Shown: one piece after another, positions 24,941 through 35,899 of the stretch
Numbering within the stretch: position 1 is the first letter of the stretch
Layout: every line of letters starts with the position of its first letter
DNA from: Mustelus asterias
Lineage: Eukaryota
Assembly (NCBI RefSeq): GCF_964213995.1
Contig: NC_135805.1
Location: 76,818,001 to 76,882,000, forward strand
Length of the DNA: 64,000 bases
Direction of reading: 5' to 3'
Program-made: the position numbers and the translations under genes
The notes under the pieces: generated by a model
What the model saw: the letters and a program-made list of their open reading frames with translations, nothing else
Told to the model about the DNA's origin: nothing
The model's database searches: none

Positions 24941-25862
24941 TTTTTCTGACTCTGATCAGATGAAAGAATACACACATAGCTTCCTCCAATTTTTCTGAGT
25001 GATCTTCCAATCGAAGACCTTTCACATGCAACTCAGTGCGGGAAATCTCACAGGGAACAATGCAGAGAATCTGTATAGAAACTACATCCCCTTCTTACAG
25101 CACTAGCTGTCATATTCTGAAGAAGGAATTTAAATGTCCCAAAAACTACAGAGGGAAGGTAAATGTGTAAGTTAAATGGGTAAGGTGATAGGGCGGTAGA
25201 TGGTAGGGTGACAGGGTTGCTAGGATGATAGGTGAATGGGATGGTAGGTAGGTGAGGTGGGTAGATGGGTGAGGTGGATTGGATGGCAGGTGGTTGGGAT
25301 GGATGAGGAGAATAGGGTGGCATGTGGATAGGTAGGTGAGATGAGTGAGGTGGCAGGTGGGTAGTTGTGGGGGTGGTTAAGGTGGCAGGTAGGTGAGTGG
25401 ATAGGTAGGTTGTGGGTAGTTGGGTCAGGCTGGATTGAAGGGGTATGGAGTCGGGTCGGGGATTAGTCAGATCAGGTTGGATGGCTGGTCAAATTGGATC
25501 AATGGGGCAATCAGGGGCTTGGGGGAGTGGAAGGTGGAGGCCAGTCAGGTGTGTCAGGGGGTTCATAGAGTCGTCAGAAGTGTCAGGGGTTTGGGACATT
25601 TAAATTCCTTCTTTAGAATATGACAGCTAGTGCTGTAAAAATGGTAAACTGGGTTAGTTGGCTAGCCAGGGAGTAGTCAGGGATCAGTGTGAATGATTGG
25701 GGGTGGGGGGGGAGGGGGGGGGATGCAGTCAGTACTAATAGTTACAGATATAATTGCATGTATACACAGAATTATATGGACCATCTTGCTGTGACTTTTA
25801 TGGGAGATCAACAAAACACCAAGCGCAAAGGTGTAAAAGCTTGTTTTTCCTGTTTTTTTCTG

Positions 25863-26027
25863 ATGTGGAGATGCCGGCGTTGGACTGGGCTAAGCACAGT
25901 AAGAAATCTCACAACACCAGGTTAAAGTCCAACAGGTTTATTTGGAATCACGAGCTTTCGGAGCGCTGCTCCTTCATCAGGTGAATCACTCAGCGCTCTG
26001 AAAGCTTGTGGTTCCAAATAAATCTTA
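25863..26027 (-). mobile_element. Penelope-like pLTR 3' fragment with a short inverted arm
   Basis: Matches the 3' end of the PLE at 30000-30099 in reverse. Flanked by ctgtttttttctg / ctgcttttttctg (12/13 TSD). Confidence 0.85.
25948..25984 (-). ncRNA. Minimal type I hammerhead ribozyme motif
   Basis: tcac-CTGATGA-a-ggagc-agc-gctcc-GAAA-gc-TC-gtga: perfect stems I and II, intact core, CUC cleavage triplet. Confidence 0.85.
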
Positions 26028-26851
26028 CTGCTTTTTTCTGGGAGTTTTCTAAACCTCACAACCAATATATGGAAATTGAGTCAAACTCCATTGCAGAATA
26101 CAATTAGGTATAATGAATGCATGTTATGTACCCAAATGTTAATGATTACTGCTCATATAGTGAAAGATTTAATTACAGTCCTTTAACTGTCTCAATGATT
26201 AGCTTATCATCACTTCATCATTCTATTTCACTGGTTGAACCCATGCTAAATTTGCACCTATGCAAGTACAAATATTAATCCATACATAGATGTAACAAAT
26301 ACATTTTATTTTTCAGCATATACATGCATCTAGATAATTAATGTACAGTTCAGCTAATCAGGTAAAATGCCTTCGCTTCGATAAGTCAATGAAGAGATCC
26401 AATGTCACATCCAAGATCCAGAGATGGTGATGAACATATAGAAGAGGTGCTGAGCATGTCAGTCACAGAAAAGGAACTGTCAGAACTGTTTCATTAAAGT
26501 CTTGTTCTGTGCACTGTCTCATTGGATCCAGTAAATTTACACAGTGAATAACTGAGCCATTCTGATCTGGAGGTGTCGGGTAAATCCACAGTCTTCACTG
26601 AGTTAGCGGATCACAGCCAGGGTGGAAGCAGATTAGGGAGGAGATAATTGGCCAATATAGGAAACAATCCCTGGAAACTGGGAAACACTGCAATTCAGAA
26701 GGGGGTTGGAGTAGCAATCAGGAGGGATAAAAACAGAACGTGCTGGAAAAACTCAGCAGGTTTACCAACAAACAACTGGCTGATCATTTGATCCAGCAGT
26801 GGGGAGCAGCATTTTCACGGAGTGCATCTTAGGTTCTGCTGAGAACACCAT

Positions 26852-28162
26852 GGCCGGGATTCTCCAAAAGAAATTCTAAGTCCCCAACATGCAGGAAAAT
26901 GGGAGTAAATCCCTCTGTATTTTCAGCGTGATTTCCAGAATGAATCTCCGATACTCTGTGCATCACAGAGTGCCCACGCAGGATTCACTCTGGAAATCAG
27001 GGGGCAAGGCCCATTCCTGCCCGAGAGGCTAGCAGCATAGCACTGAGCAGGTCACTGTGCATATGCCGATCTGTCAGCGCAGAGATCAGCGCATGCGCAG
27101 TGACCCCAACCCCACCCCACCCCCACCTTGCCGGTCTCCAGATCGCTGGCCATCCCAATCGCTGGCCATCCCTGCGACCCCCCCCATCGCTGGCCTTCCA
27201 ATCGCCCACCCCCAAATCGTTGACATCCCAGGTCTCTCCGGGCCTGCCCCAATACCCCCACCCCCCCATCACCCGCCCCACCCCTGGCCAGCCCCGATGT
27301 CTCCCCTCTGCCCCCCCCCCCGACAGTCCTGACCCTACCCCCATCACCCTCCTCCACGGGCCAATTCTGATGTTTCCGCTCCTGACAGTCCCGCCACTCC
27401 TGCCCCACCACCTTCCCATCGGCCAGCCCCGAGGTCTCCCTCCCCCAACAGTCCTGACCCGCCCCACACCTCCAATGACTATCCCTGAGCCCCTCCCCGG
27501 CAACCCTGACCTCACCCCTCACCCGGACAGCCAGCCCCAATCGCCCTCTTCTCTACCAGTGACCCCAATGCAGAGTGACAGCATGTACCCCTCCCCTACT
27601 GATCACACCCCAATAGGCCCTGTCCTCCAATAGGCCGCACCCCATCTGGCCCCATTCCCTTGGCACTGCCCGATGGCCTGTGGGCAGTGCCAAGGTGCCC
27701 CTTGGGCAGTACCAGTTCACCCCCTTGGGCAGTAACAGGCTGGCACTGTCATGTCGGCACTGTCAAAGGGGTATCGCCCCCTTACCCCCAACTTCCCCAG
27801 GGGGCCTCAAAGGCCTTTGTTCCCTCGAGTGGGGTTGGGTCACCTGTTCCCCATTATTGGGAGCAGGAGTAAATCCTGCTGGGTGAACAACTCCTGACTG
27901 GGGGAGGGGTGGGGGGGTTGGAGATGCTAGCAGGCCTGGAGACTTCAATCCCAGGCCCGCTAATCAGATGGAAATGTTGATTTCCACATTGTAATCAGCT
28001 CTGTGCTGATTTCCAACACAGAGCTGATTAGGCTGATAAACTTACCTCCGGAGACGTGCGGATGTTGTGACACCCAGCGGGAACCCGTGAAACGGCCCCT
28101 GCTGATGTCTCCCGGCCCGCTGCGCTACTCGAGCAGTGCAGCGGGTTGGGAGAATTGCTCCC
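26852..28162. mobile_element. Non-autonomous Harbinger element (1311 bp) with a C-rich low-complexity interior
   Basis: cat-GGCCGGGATTCTCC ... GGAGAATTGCTCCC-cat: TIRs and an exact 3-bp TSD (CAT). Confidence 0.85.
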
Positions 28163-28672
28163 CATATCATGGAATCAACCCTTTGAATTGAAGAATATTA
28201 GATATAGTAGATAAAGAAGTCAAGATGCAAGCCTGAGTGTACAATGCCCCTTCGCAGCATTGGAAATGAAATCATTTTACTCTGGCTGCATTTTGTAATA
28301 TGTAATTTCAGGCATGAAATGAGCTTCATTATAGCAAGTGTAAGCTTCATTAGAATTGTTCAATTATTAAGATCATTTGGCCCACTGTGTCTGTGCCAGC
28401 TCATTGAAAGGGCTATCCAATTAGCCTCACTCCCCTGATCTTTCCTCACACCCCTGCAATTTGTCTTCTTTTCAAGTATTTATTTCATTCCATTTGAAAT
28501 TTGCTACTGAATCTGCTTCCACCACATTTTTTCAGGCAATGCATTCTAGCTCAGAACAAATTGCTGCCTAAAATAATTCTCACCTCCTCTCGAATTCTTT
28601 TGCCAATTATCTTGAATCTATATCCTTGTTTACTGACTCTTTACTGAATCACTGAATCACTGAATCTTTACT

Positions 28673-29719
28673 GAATCACTGAAACAACTCTATGATGACA
28701 TCAACAAGTTCCATCCCACCATCAGGCTCACCATAGACTACTCTCCGGAATCGGTTGCATTCTTGGACACGCGCATCTCCATTAAGGACGGTCACCTCAG
28801 CACCTCACTGTACCGCAAGCCCACGGATAACCTCACGATGCTCCACTTCTCCAGCTTCCACCCTAAACACGTTAAAGAAGCCATCCCCTACGGACAAGCC
28901 CTCCGTATACACAGGATCTGCTCGGATGAGGAGGATCGCAACAGACACCTCCAGACGCTGAAAGATGCCCTCATAAGAACAGGATATGGCGCTAGACTCA
29001 TTGATCAACAGTTCCAACGCGCCACAGCGAAAAACCGCACCGACCTCCTCAGAAGACAAACACGGGACACAGTGGACAGAGTACCCTTCGTTGTCCAGTA
29101 CTTCCCCGGAGCGGAGAAGCTACGGCATCTCCTCCGGAGCCTTCAACATGTCATTGATGAAGACGAACATCTCGCCAAGGCCATCCCCACACCCCCACTT
29201 CTTGCCTTCAAACAACCGCACAACCTCAAACAGACCATTGTCCGCAGCAAACTACCCAGCCTTCAGGAGAACAGTGACCAAGACACCACACAACCCTGCC
29301 ACAGCAACCTCTGCAAGACGTGCCGGATCATCGACACAGATGCCATCATCTCACGTGAGAACACCATCCACCAGGTACACGGTACATACTCTTGCAACTC
29401 GGCCAACGTTGTCTACCTGATACGCTGCAAGAAAGGATGTCCCGAGGCATGGTACATTGGGGAAACTATGCAGACGCTGCGACAACGGATGAATGAACAC
29501 CGCTCGACAATCACCAGGCAAGACTGTTCTCTTCCTGTTGGGGAGCACTTCAGCGGTCACGGGCATTCGGCCTCTGATATTCGGGTAAGCGTTCTCCAAG
29601 GCGGCCTTCGCGACACACGACAGCGCAGAGTCGCGGAGCAGAAACTGATAGCCAGGTTCCGCACACACAAGGACGGCCTCAACCGGGATATTGGGTTTAT
29701 GTCACACTATTTCACATAA
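28673..29719 (+). CDS. PLE polyprotein fragment: RT C-terminal/thumb region, Cys-rich linker and GIY-YIG endonuclease (uninterrupted frame)
   Basis: Peptides INKFHPTIRLT, FLDTRI, LYRKPT, IPYGQALRIHRICS, CHSNLCKTC and NVVYLIRC..C...YIGET...LRQRMNEH. Confidence 0.9.
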   Translation, partial: ESLKQLYDDINKFHPTIRLTIDYSPESVAFLDTRISIKDGHLSTSLYRKPTDNLTMLHFSSFHPKHVKEAIPYGQALRIHRICSDEEDRNRHLQTLKDALIRTGYGARLIDQQFQRATAKNRTDLLRRQTRDTVDRVPFVVQYFPGAEKLRHLLRSLQHVIDEDEHLAKAIPTPPLLAFKQPHNLKQTIVRSKLPSLQENSDQDTTQPCHSNLCKTCRIIDTDAIISRENTIHQVHGTYSCNSANVVYLIRCKKGCPEAWYIGETMQTLRQRMNEHRSTITRQDCSLPVGEHFSGHGHSASDIRVSVLQGGLRDTRQRRVAEQKLIARFRTHKDGLNRDIGFMSHYFT

Positions 29720-30000
29720 ATATTTCTGCTTTTTTCCTCCTGAGTCTTTATCATGCGATCCTAGAATCAGAATTTATGTCACACTATTTGTAACTCCCAC
29801 AGTTGCGTGGACCTGCAGAGTTTCACTGGCTGTCTTGTCTGGAGACAATACACATCTTTTTAGCCTGTCTTGATGCTCTCTCCACTCCCATTGTTTTGTT
29901 TCTTAAAGACTGGATTAGTTGTAAGTATTCGCATTCCAACCATTATTCATGTAAATTGAGTCTGTGTCTTATAAGTTCTGTTTGTGAACAGAATTCCCAC

Positions 30001-30039
30001 TCACCTGAAGAAGGGGCTCAGAGCCTCGAAAGCTTGTGT
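30001..30039 (+). ncRNA. Minimal hammerhead ribozyme motif in the PLE pLTR
   Basis: tcac-CTGAAGA-a-ggggc-tcaga-gcctc-GAAA-gc-TT-gtg. Confidence 0.8.
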
Positions 30040-30233
30040 GGCTTTTGCTACCAAATAAACCTGTTGGACTTTAACCTGGTGTTGTTAAACTTCTTACTGA
30101 CTCTCCTGCCAGTGGAAACACTTTCTTATTTATTATACTTTTGTACACCTTAATTAAGCCTTCCCTCAATCTCCCCATTTGAAGCAGAACAGTCTCACGT
30201 TCTCCAGTATCTTCCCATGAACTGAAATCCCTT

Positions 30234-30360
30234 GGCTGGGATTTTACGGCTTCGCTCGTCCCAAAACTGGAAAATGCCGCCCGAGGTCAACGGACATTTC
30301 CATGGTCCACCTCTCACCCGCTCCGATTCCCGCGGCGGACGGGATGGTAACATTCTGGCC
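30234..30360. mobile_element. Young Harbinger-type MITE (127 bp)
   Basis: TIRs ggctgggattttac / gtaacattctggcc; CpG-rich; flanks ctt/cct. Confidence 0.8.
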
Positions 30361-30639
30361 CCTGTCTCTCTTATCATTTTGGTAAATGCTTCTGTACTTT
30401 CTCCAAGGTACTGACATTCCTCGTAAAATGTGTTGCTCAGAAATGGATGCAATACTCCAGCTGAGGACAAACCTGTGTTTAACAAGGTTTACTATAACTA
30501 CCATGCTTTCATATTCTATGCCTCTACTTATGAAGCCAAGAATTTCTGAGGTTTGTGAAGTTTAACATTACATTTCACGATCTCAGCTAAATTCCACTCT
30601 AAAGGCAAAATTTTACTTCAACTGACCTACTCTTAGTGT

Positions 30640-31560
30640 CCTTCATGAGTGACCATCTGCATGGAGAATCAGACAATGCAAGTCATTGAGTGCAGGTTGG
30701 TCATGACTGAAGATCTGCACACTCAGTCTGTCACATTACACAGGAAGGAGGAAAGCCTCACCGAGGTGGCTCAGTGACTCACTGAAGTGCAGCCAGGTTC
30801 TCTGCAGCTCTTGGACAGCAGGCAAGCCATGAGAGGAAAGATGCAGTGGGAATTCTTCTCTCCCACCACTCATTCCTTACTCCATCACCTCTCGTCAGCC
30901 CATGCTGGTTCCTGCCCTAATGACAGTTAGCCCCGCACCAGTGCAGATGAGGAACACTTTGGTGGGTCCTCACTGGTTTCAAACCCAGAGGCTGTCAGCA
31001 GGAGACACCTCAACTCTCAGAGCAGGGGAATGAGCAGCTTGTCTCCAGCTCTGCTGAAGCCACATGGATTGCATCACATAATAGGAGTAATCAGAAGTGA
31101 ATGAGAAAGACATGGTCGCACAAGAGGATTCGGGTGTTTTTAACAATGTTTTATGATGTTATTTATCTGTTGATTTCTCTGATTCAAACACTTTATCTGA
31201 AATCTTCATTTACCTGTAATGCGCTTTCCTGAATTTTAAATGGCCTTCAGGAGACCTTCAGGACCAGGTTAGAGGATGAGAAAAGGATGTCAAATGTGAT
31301 GGCTAGGTTTCTGAGTGTGGGAATGATTTATTTTGGGTTAGTGGTGCGGGTCACGGACAGGGGCTCTTTCAGGATTCATCAGCCAGGTCCTCAGAGAATA
31401 GCCCTTGACTCTGCTGCCAGCCACTGATGCTGTGCAGAGGAACAAAAACCTGTGGGAGATGTGACTGCATTCATCAGGACAAATGCAAGAATGCCAAATT
31501 TCAAATGATCGTAATAATTGATACCACAGGTGAAAGGAGTTATGATTAGATGGCAAGTTG
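30640..31560. mobile_element. Highly degraded Harbinger remnant
   Basis: The reverse strand near 31340-31520 gives KGYSLRTWLM (cf. GYPLWTWLMTP in the intact-length copy). Confidence 0.45.
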
Positions 31561-31889
31561 ACACTGGTTGGCTAAGGCTATGGAGAACAGAATTTTTAAA
31601 AATGCACAAGGCTTGAACATACTTCTTTTGTTTGCAGAGAATTGGTACATGCCTATGAACGTGTCCCTTCTAGCATGCATAGATGAACCATGTTAGGAGC
31701 GCAACTAATTTAGATTGATTGTTATAGCTATTAGTATACTCAAAACTGTTCAGCAAGTGCAGTCCAATCTCAGAATCTAACGTTAGATATTTTGTTTTGG
31801 GTTTTCAAGTATGGGCTGGTTGAGTAGAGCCTGCACCCTGCCTATTGCAATCAATCGAAGGAACATGCTGTCTGATTCAGTGTGTGTTA

Positions 31890-31982
31890 GCATTTCCTTA
31901 CGCACCTTAATATGCTCCACCCCACACTCAAAATCACTTTTGAGATGGAGCAGTCTAATGTATTCCATTTCCTTGATATGCT
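31890..31982 (+). mobile_element. Penelope-like RT fragment
   Basis: FLTHLNMLHPTLKITFEMEQSNVFHFLDML resembles the N..HP.I..T...FLD segment of the PLE at 28700. Confidence 0.65.
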
Positions 31983-33039
31983 GGCTATGACAAAAGATTT
32001 TTAAAATATATTTTTTGAGTTTATTGTGTTATTCTGTGAAATAGGTTTGTGGCTGTGTTGTGTCTGTGTATGTGTGTAAAACTAATTTAATTAAATGGAA
32101 GACAGTTGAGCTGCAATGTTTAGGACATCACAAGGGTATAGATGTGAAAGACATGCACTTGAGGTAAGTATGGCCAAGTTGAATTTTCTATAAACCATTG
32201 AGCTGAGGGTAGAAATTTGCATTAGGAGATAAAGAAGGTTTATTTTCCATTGTGAAATTTCAAAGGGGAGTAAGAGAGGTTTACAACTTGAAAAAGGTCA
32301 TAAATAAGTAAGGCAAGATTATTAAATTTTATTTGACCTGAACGTTGGGTCAATAGACAGAACATGAAAAATGTTATATCCTGGGAAAGTTAAGTTTCAA
32401 ATAAGGATTAAAGACAATGGAATAAAAATGAAAGAGGAAAAAATATTCCAGGAGAGATGTGAGAGCTGTGTTGAGAGTGGCCACGTGAGTCCTCCTGGGA
32501 TGCTATTCTGTGTTCAGAAGAGAACTATGAAGAGGCAAAATGAAATCCACCACTGAGGTGAGCCAGAAATATCATGAGGCTGCAAAAAATTAGTCTGGTA
32601 TTTTGAAGTTTCTTGAATTTCCATAACAAAGTGGAACAGAGAATGAGAAGTACGATAATATTCCCTACCTATTGCAGAAGTGGGTTTGCCTTGTGGTAAT
32701 ATTATTGGATTTTTATAGTCAAGCATAAGAGATTGTGCCCTAAAAGGGTGCTCATTTGTGAGTATAACCAAGTCGGAAGGTTTTTGAGGGGGAATTTCTG
32801 TGACACTAATTTTAACTGTGTAAATGTAATCTTATGTGTTTATGTTTTCTTTCATTTGGAAATAAATGCTCTGATATAATGTTTAAATCCCACATGTTAT
32901 TGTAATTTTTAACTTCCAACTTTGGTAAACCTACCATCTTGCGGTCAAAATACAACAAATAATAGAATTATGGTAAGTAGGCCAAGTTTCTCTTTGCGAT
33001 TTTGTTTGCATGGCAATTAACTTCTGCTTGGTCATAACA
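31983..33039 (+). mobile_element. Degraded solo-LTR-like sequence
   Basis: Ends gtcataaca and starts ggctatgac (imperfect inverted termini). AATAAA near 32860. Confidence 0.45.
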
Positions 33040-33601
33040 ATAACAATGGCTCTTGGGACATCAGGACTATTCTTTGTATTCAAGGCACCTCACCCTAATG
33101 AACTTCCCCACCACCATTACCTCAGTGTAGTGCTAGGGATGATGCAAAGACAATTCCACAAAAAGGTATTTGTCACATTACGTTCACCCCAGCCCTTAAC
33201 CCAGAGATCATGTTGGTCATAAAATTTGATATTACCAGATCATTTCCTGTGAGGTTCTTGGGAAGAAAATTAAGATTCACCAAAATGTATTTGTAATCAG
33301 AACTGCACATGTTGTTAGAACATTGATTTTTTTCTCATTTAAGATTCCCTCTGCTGGTATATGTATATCACGCAATTCAATTTTCAATACATTACACTTC
33401 CCAACTCTCACATGTATACTCTGCTGAAAAGGAATCTTCTTACACTTCAAATGGAGGTACAATATGTCTTTTTCTGTTCAGACGTATGGTGCTATCCTGA
33501 GTGTATGAGGCATGAAATTTTGTTTATATCAATATTAGATATCTCTTCAGAAAATATCATTATATTTTGAGCATTTAAATGATACAGAATACATTGCTTA
33601 C

Positions 33602-33727
33602 CTGTTGAGGTGACTGCAACATGAATAAGAGTAACTGTAATGGCATAATCCCAAACCCATTCTTTAACCACTCCAGCAAACAGCAACCCACTGACAAAGT
33701 AAGTCATCTCCATTGAGATCAGGTTGA
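33602..33727 (-). CDS. TMEM244: TMEM244 internal coding exon (126 bp)
   Basis: ctttcag|TC AAC CTG...TCA ACA G|gtaag. Translates to (V)NLISMEMTYFVSGLLFAGVVKEWVWDYAITVTLIHVAVTST, with the characteristic EWVWDYAI motif. Phase 1-1. Confidence 0.95.
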
Positions 33728-34444
33728 CTGAAAGACATAGGAAGATAATGGTGCAATCATTCAAGTAACAATAAAAACAAACTTAATCAACCCACAATGT
33801 TATAATCAGGCATGCTGCAGCAAAAATGTATTTTCTTCCCAGAAACTCATGAAGGAAAATCAAAGAATGTTTGAAAACCTATGATAATTGTATAAATTAA
33901 GGTTAATTGTCTACAGGTTGGAGGCGGCACACATTTGATAATAAATTATGCAAATATAAAGAGACACTTTCCAACAATATGTTTGAGGGCTTCTGCAGCC
34001 AGTGAGTGCTGCAGGGGCTGAAGTGCTGCATCATCAGCCCCAGGAACATTTTTTAAATTTAATATTTTTTTAAAGTTTTGTCTTTTTCTGTTACAGTGTC
34101 CCTATAAGGGCTGATCATTTGATTACTTTTTCATTGTTTATTTGTTACTCTAAAGAGTATGAAGAGGCACTTTCTGCCAGTACTCTTGGGGCCTTCTGCT
34201 GACTGTGGGTGCCACAGAGGCTGGAGTATATCACCACCCCCTAAAATGAAACTTAATTTTGATAAGCTTCCTTTCAAGTTCTGTTTTTGTTGCAGTGCCC
34301 TATTAAGCGGTTGTTAATTAGTTAATTTGGTCATTTGTTTTAGTTTTCTCACAATATTTCACTTTGTTCTAAAACTGAATAAAGATTGATTTCTGGTCTC
34401 CTCCTTCACAAACTGGCTGTAAGAAGTTTAACATGGTAGCAGAT

Positions 34445-34654
34445 AATCATAGAATCATAGAATCCCTACAGTGCAGAGGCGGCCATACAGCCCATCGAGT
34501 CTGCACCAACTCTCTGATAGAGTGTCTCACCCAGGCCCTCTCCCCTGCCCTATTCCCATAAACCCGCACGTGGCTAATCCATCTAACCTACACATCTTGG
34601 GACAGCAAGAGGGGCAATTCAGCATGGTCAATCCACATAAGCTGCACATCTTTG
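34445..34654 (-). mobile_element. HE1-type SINE, 3' half
   Basis: (atcatagaa)n tail and body match the other HE1 copies. Confidence 0.85.
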
Positions 34655-35546
34655 CTTTAAGGCAGTAACAGGACTACAGACAGGATTACAGATTTCTACC
34701 CATTTTTAGTCCATGTACCCATAAACAGATACAGTAAAAGTTTCACTAACAGAATGCTGTCAACAAGCCAATAAGACATCTGCCTACCACACAAATAAAT
34801 AATGTGGTATCTAAATTTCCAGGTACGTAGGACAGACATTCCAACGATTAGTAACTCATATCAAACTGTATGTTCCTTTGCCTGTTCACAGTAGGCACTG
34901 CACTGATCATATTCAACTAACATGTGCATGCAAAACTCAGAACATCATAACTAACATTTTGTGATACGATTCCACGATTGGACACTACTTGCTGGACAAT
35001 TCCGAATGTGCTAAGAATTACACCAACAGCCAATTTAAGATTATCAGTCAGCTGACATGTGGCTCACTTAGACTTGCTAGAAGCTACATACACAGGGACC
35101 TGTCCTCCATGGGCAGAAACAACATGTGCAGGTTTTGTGACTGTTCGAATTAAACAAAAGCATGGGGGTCAAAAGTTCCCTGGTGCATTCTCCATGGTAA
35201 TGTATCACCCAAAGTTGACTTGCCAACCGGTCAACAGACTTTTCTTACGCAGAATAAACTGTTGTTCCCTTTGAAATTTAACATTCTTGTCGCTGTCCTG
35301 ATGAGGTGAAAAGTTTCAATAACTTCTCTCTTTTTTCATCAATATTCAAATTCTGTACTATCAGGCAACTCCTTCTATATTTGTGCAGTGTTTTTATTCG
35401 TCCCATTGGCATTTTAACTTATTTTTCGAATATTTCTCACATGAAGTTATGTGATGCAGAGAATTACCAAGGATGCTGGATGTATATATTTTAAAGACAA
35501 TGATAAGTGTTTGTTTACCAATCTGTCAAAACTGTCATATGATGTG

Positions 35547-35823
35547 TGATGCGCGATTGATCCACACGGGAGACAAGGTCGTACCCGGGAATAAAGACTT
35601 TTATTCACAACAAGAATAGAGCATACTGCTTAACAATACTATCCCAGACTAAGGGCTACTAGGAAGTAGCAGTGACCTTTATACCCCTGTAAGAAGGCAG
35701 GGCCAAACGGAGTGTACCACAGAACAATGCTAACAGGTGGAACACCCCAACCCTAACCCCAACAGCAACACGAATAACATATGTACAAGTACCCATAGTG
35801 GTAACCATCTATGGTTCACCACA
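35547..35823 (-). repeat. Gypsy 3' LTR
   Basis: Direct repeat of 39896-40172, adjacent to the PPT. Confidence 0.97.
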
Positions 35824-35899
35824 TTCACCCCTCCTTTGAAAACAAAGGCCGGCAGGGTAAGGAGACAATACGAACTGTCCATATCTTCACAAGTTTAGC

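Larger units (their letters stand above)
28641..30093 (+). mobile_element. Penelope-like retroelement, 5'-truncated
   Basis: TSD ttactgactct (28630-28640 / 30094-30104); RT C-terminus plus GIY-YIG ORF; pLTR tail with a hammerhead motif. Confidence 0.93.
28345..30545 (-). mobile_element. Old CR1 3' fragment split by a Penelope insertion and a MITE
   Basis: The CR1-like 3' UTR at 28345-28640 continues at 30094-30545 across an 11-bp TSD. Confidence 0.65.

Noticed and set aside
26997-27633. Long overlapping Pro-rich/Gly-rich ORFs on both strands
   Set aside because: They come from the C-rich low-complexity interior of a TIR/TSD-bounded non-autonomous element and show no domain motifs.
35740-35762. 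Telomere-like ccctaa in the Gypsy LTR
   Set aside because: Only one exact unit with degenerate neighbours, which is expected by chance.
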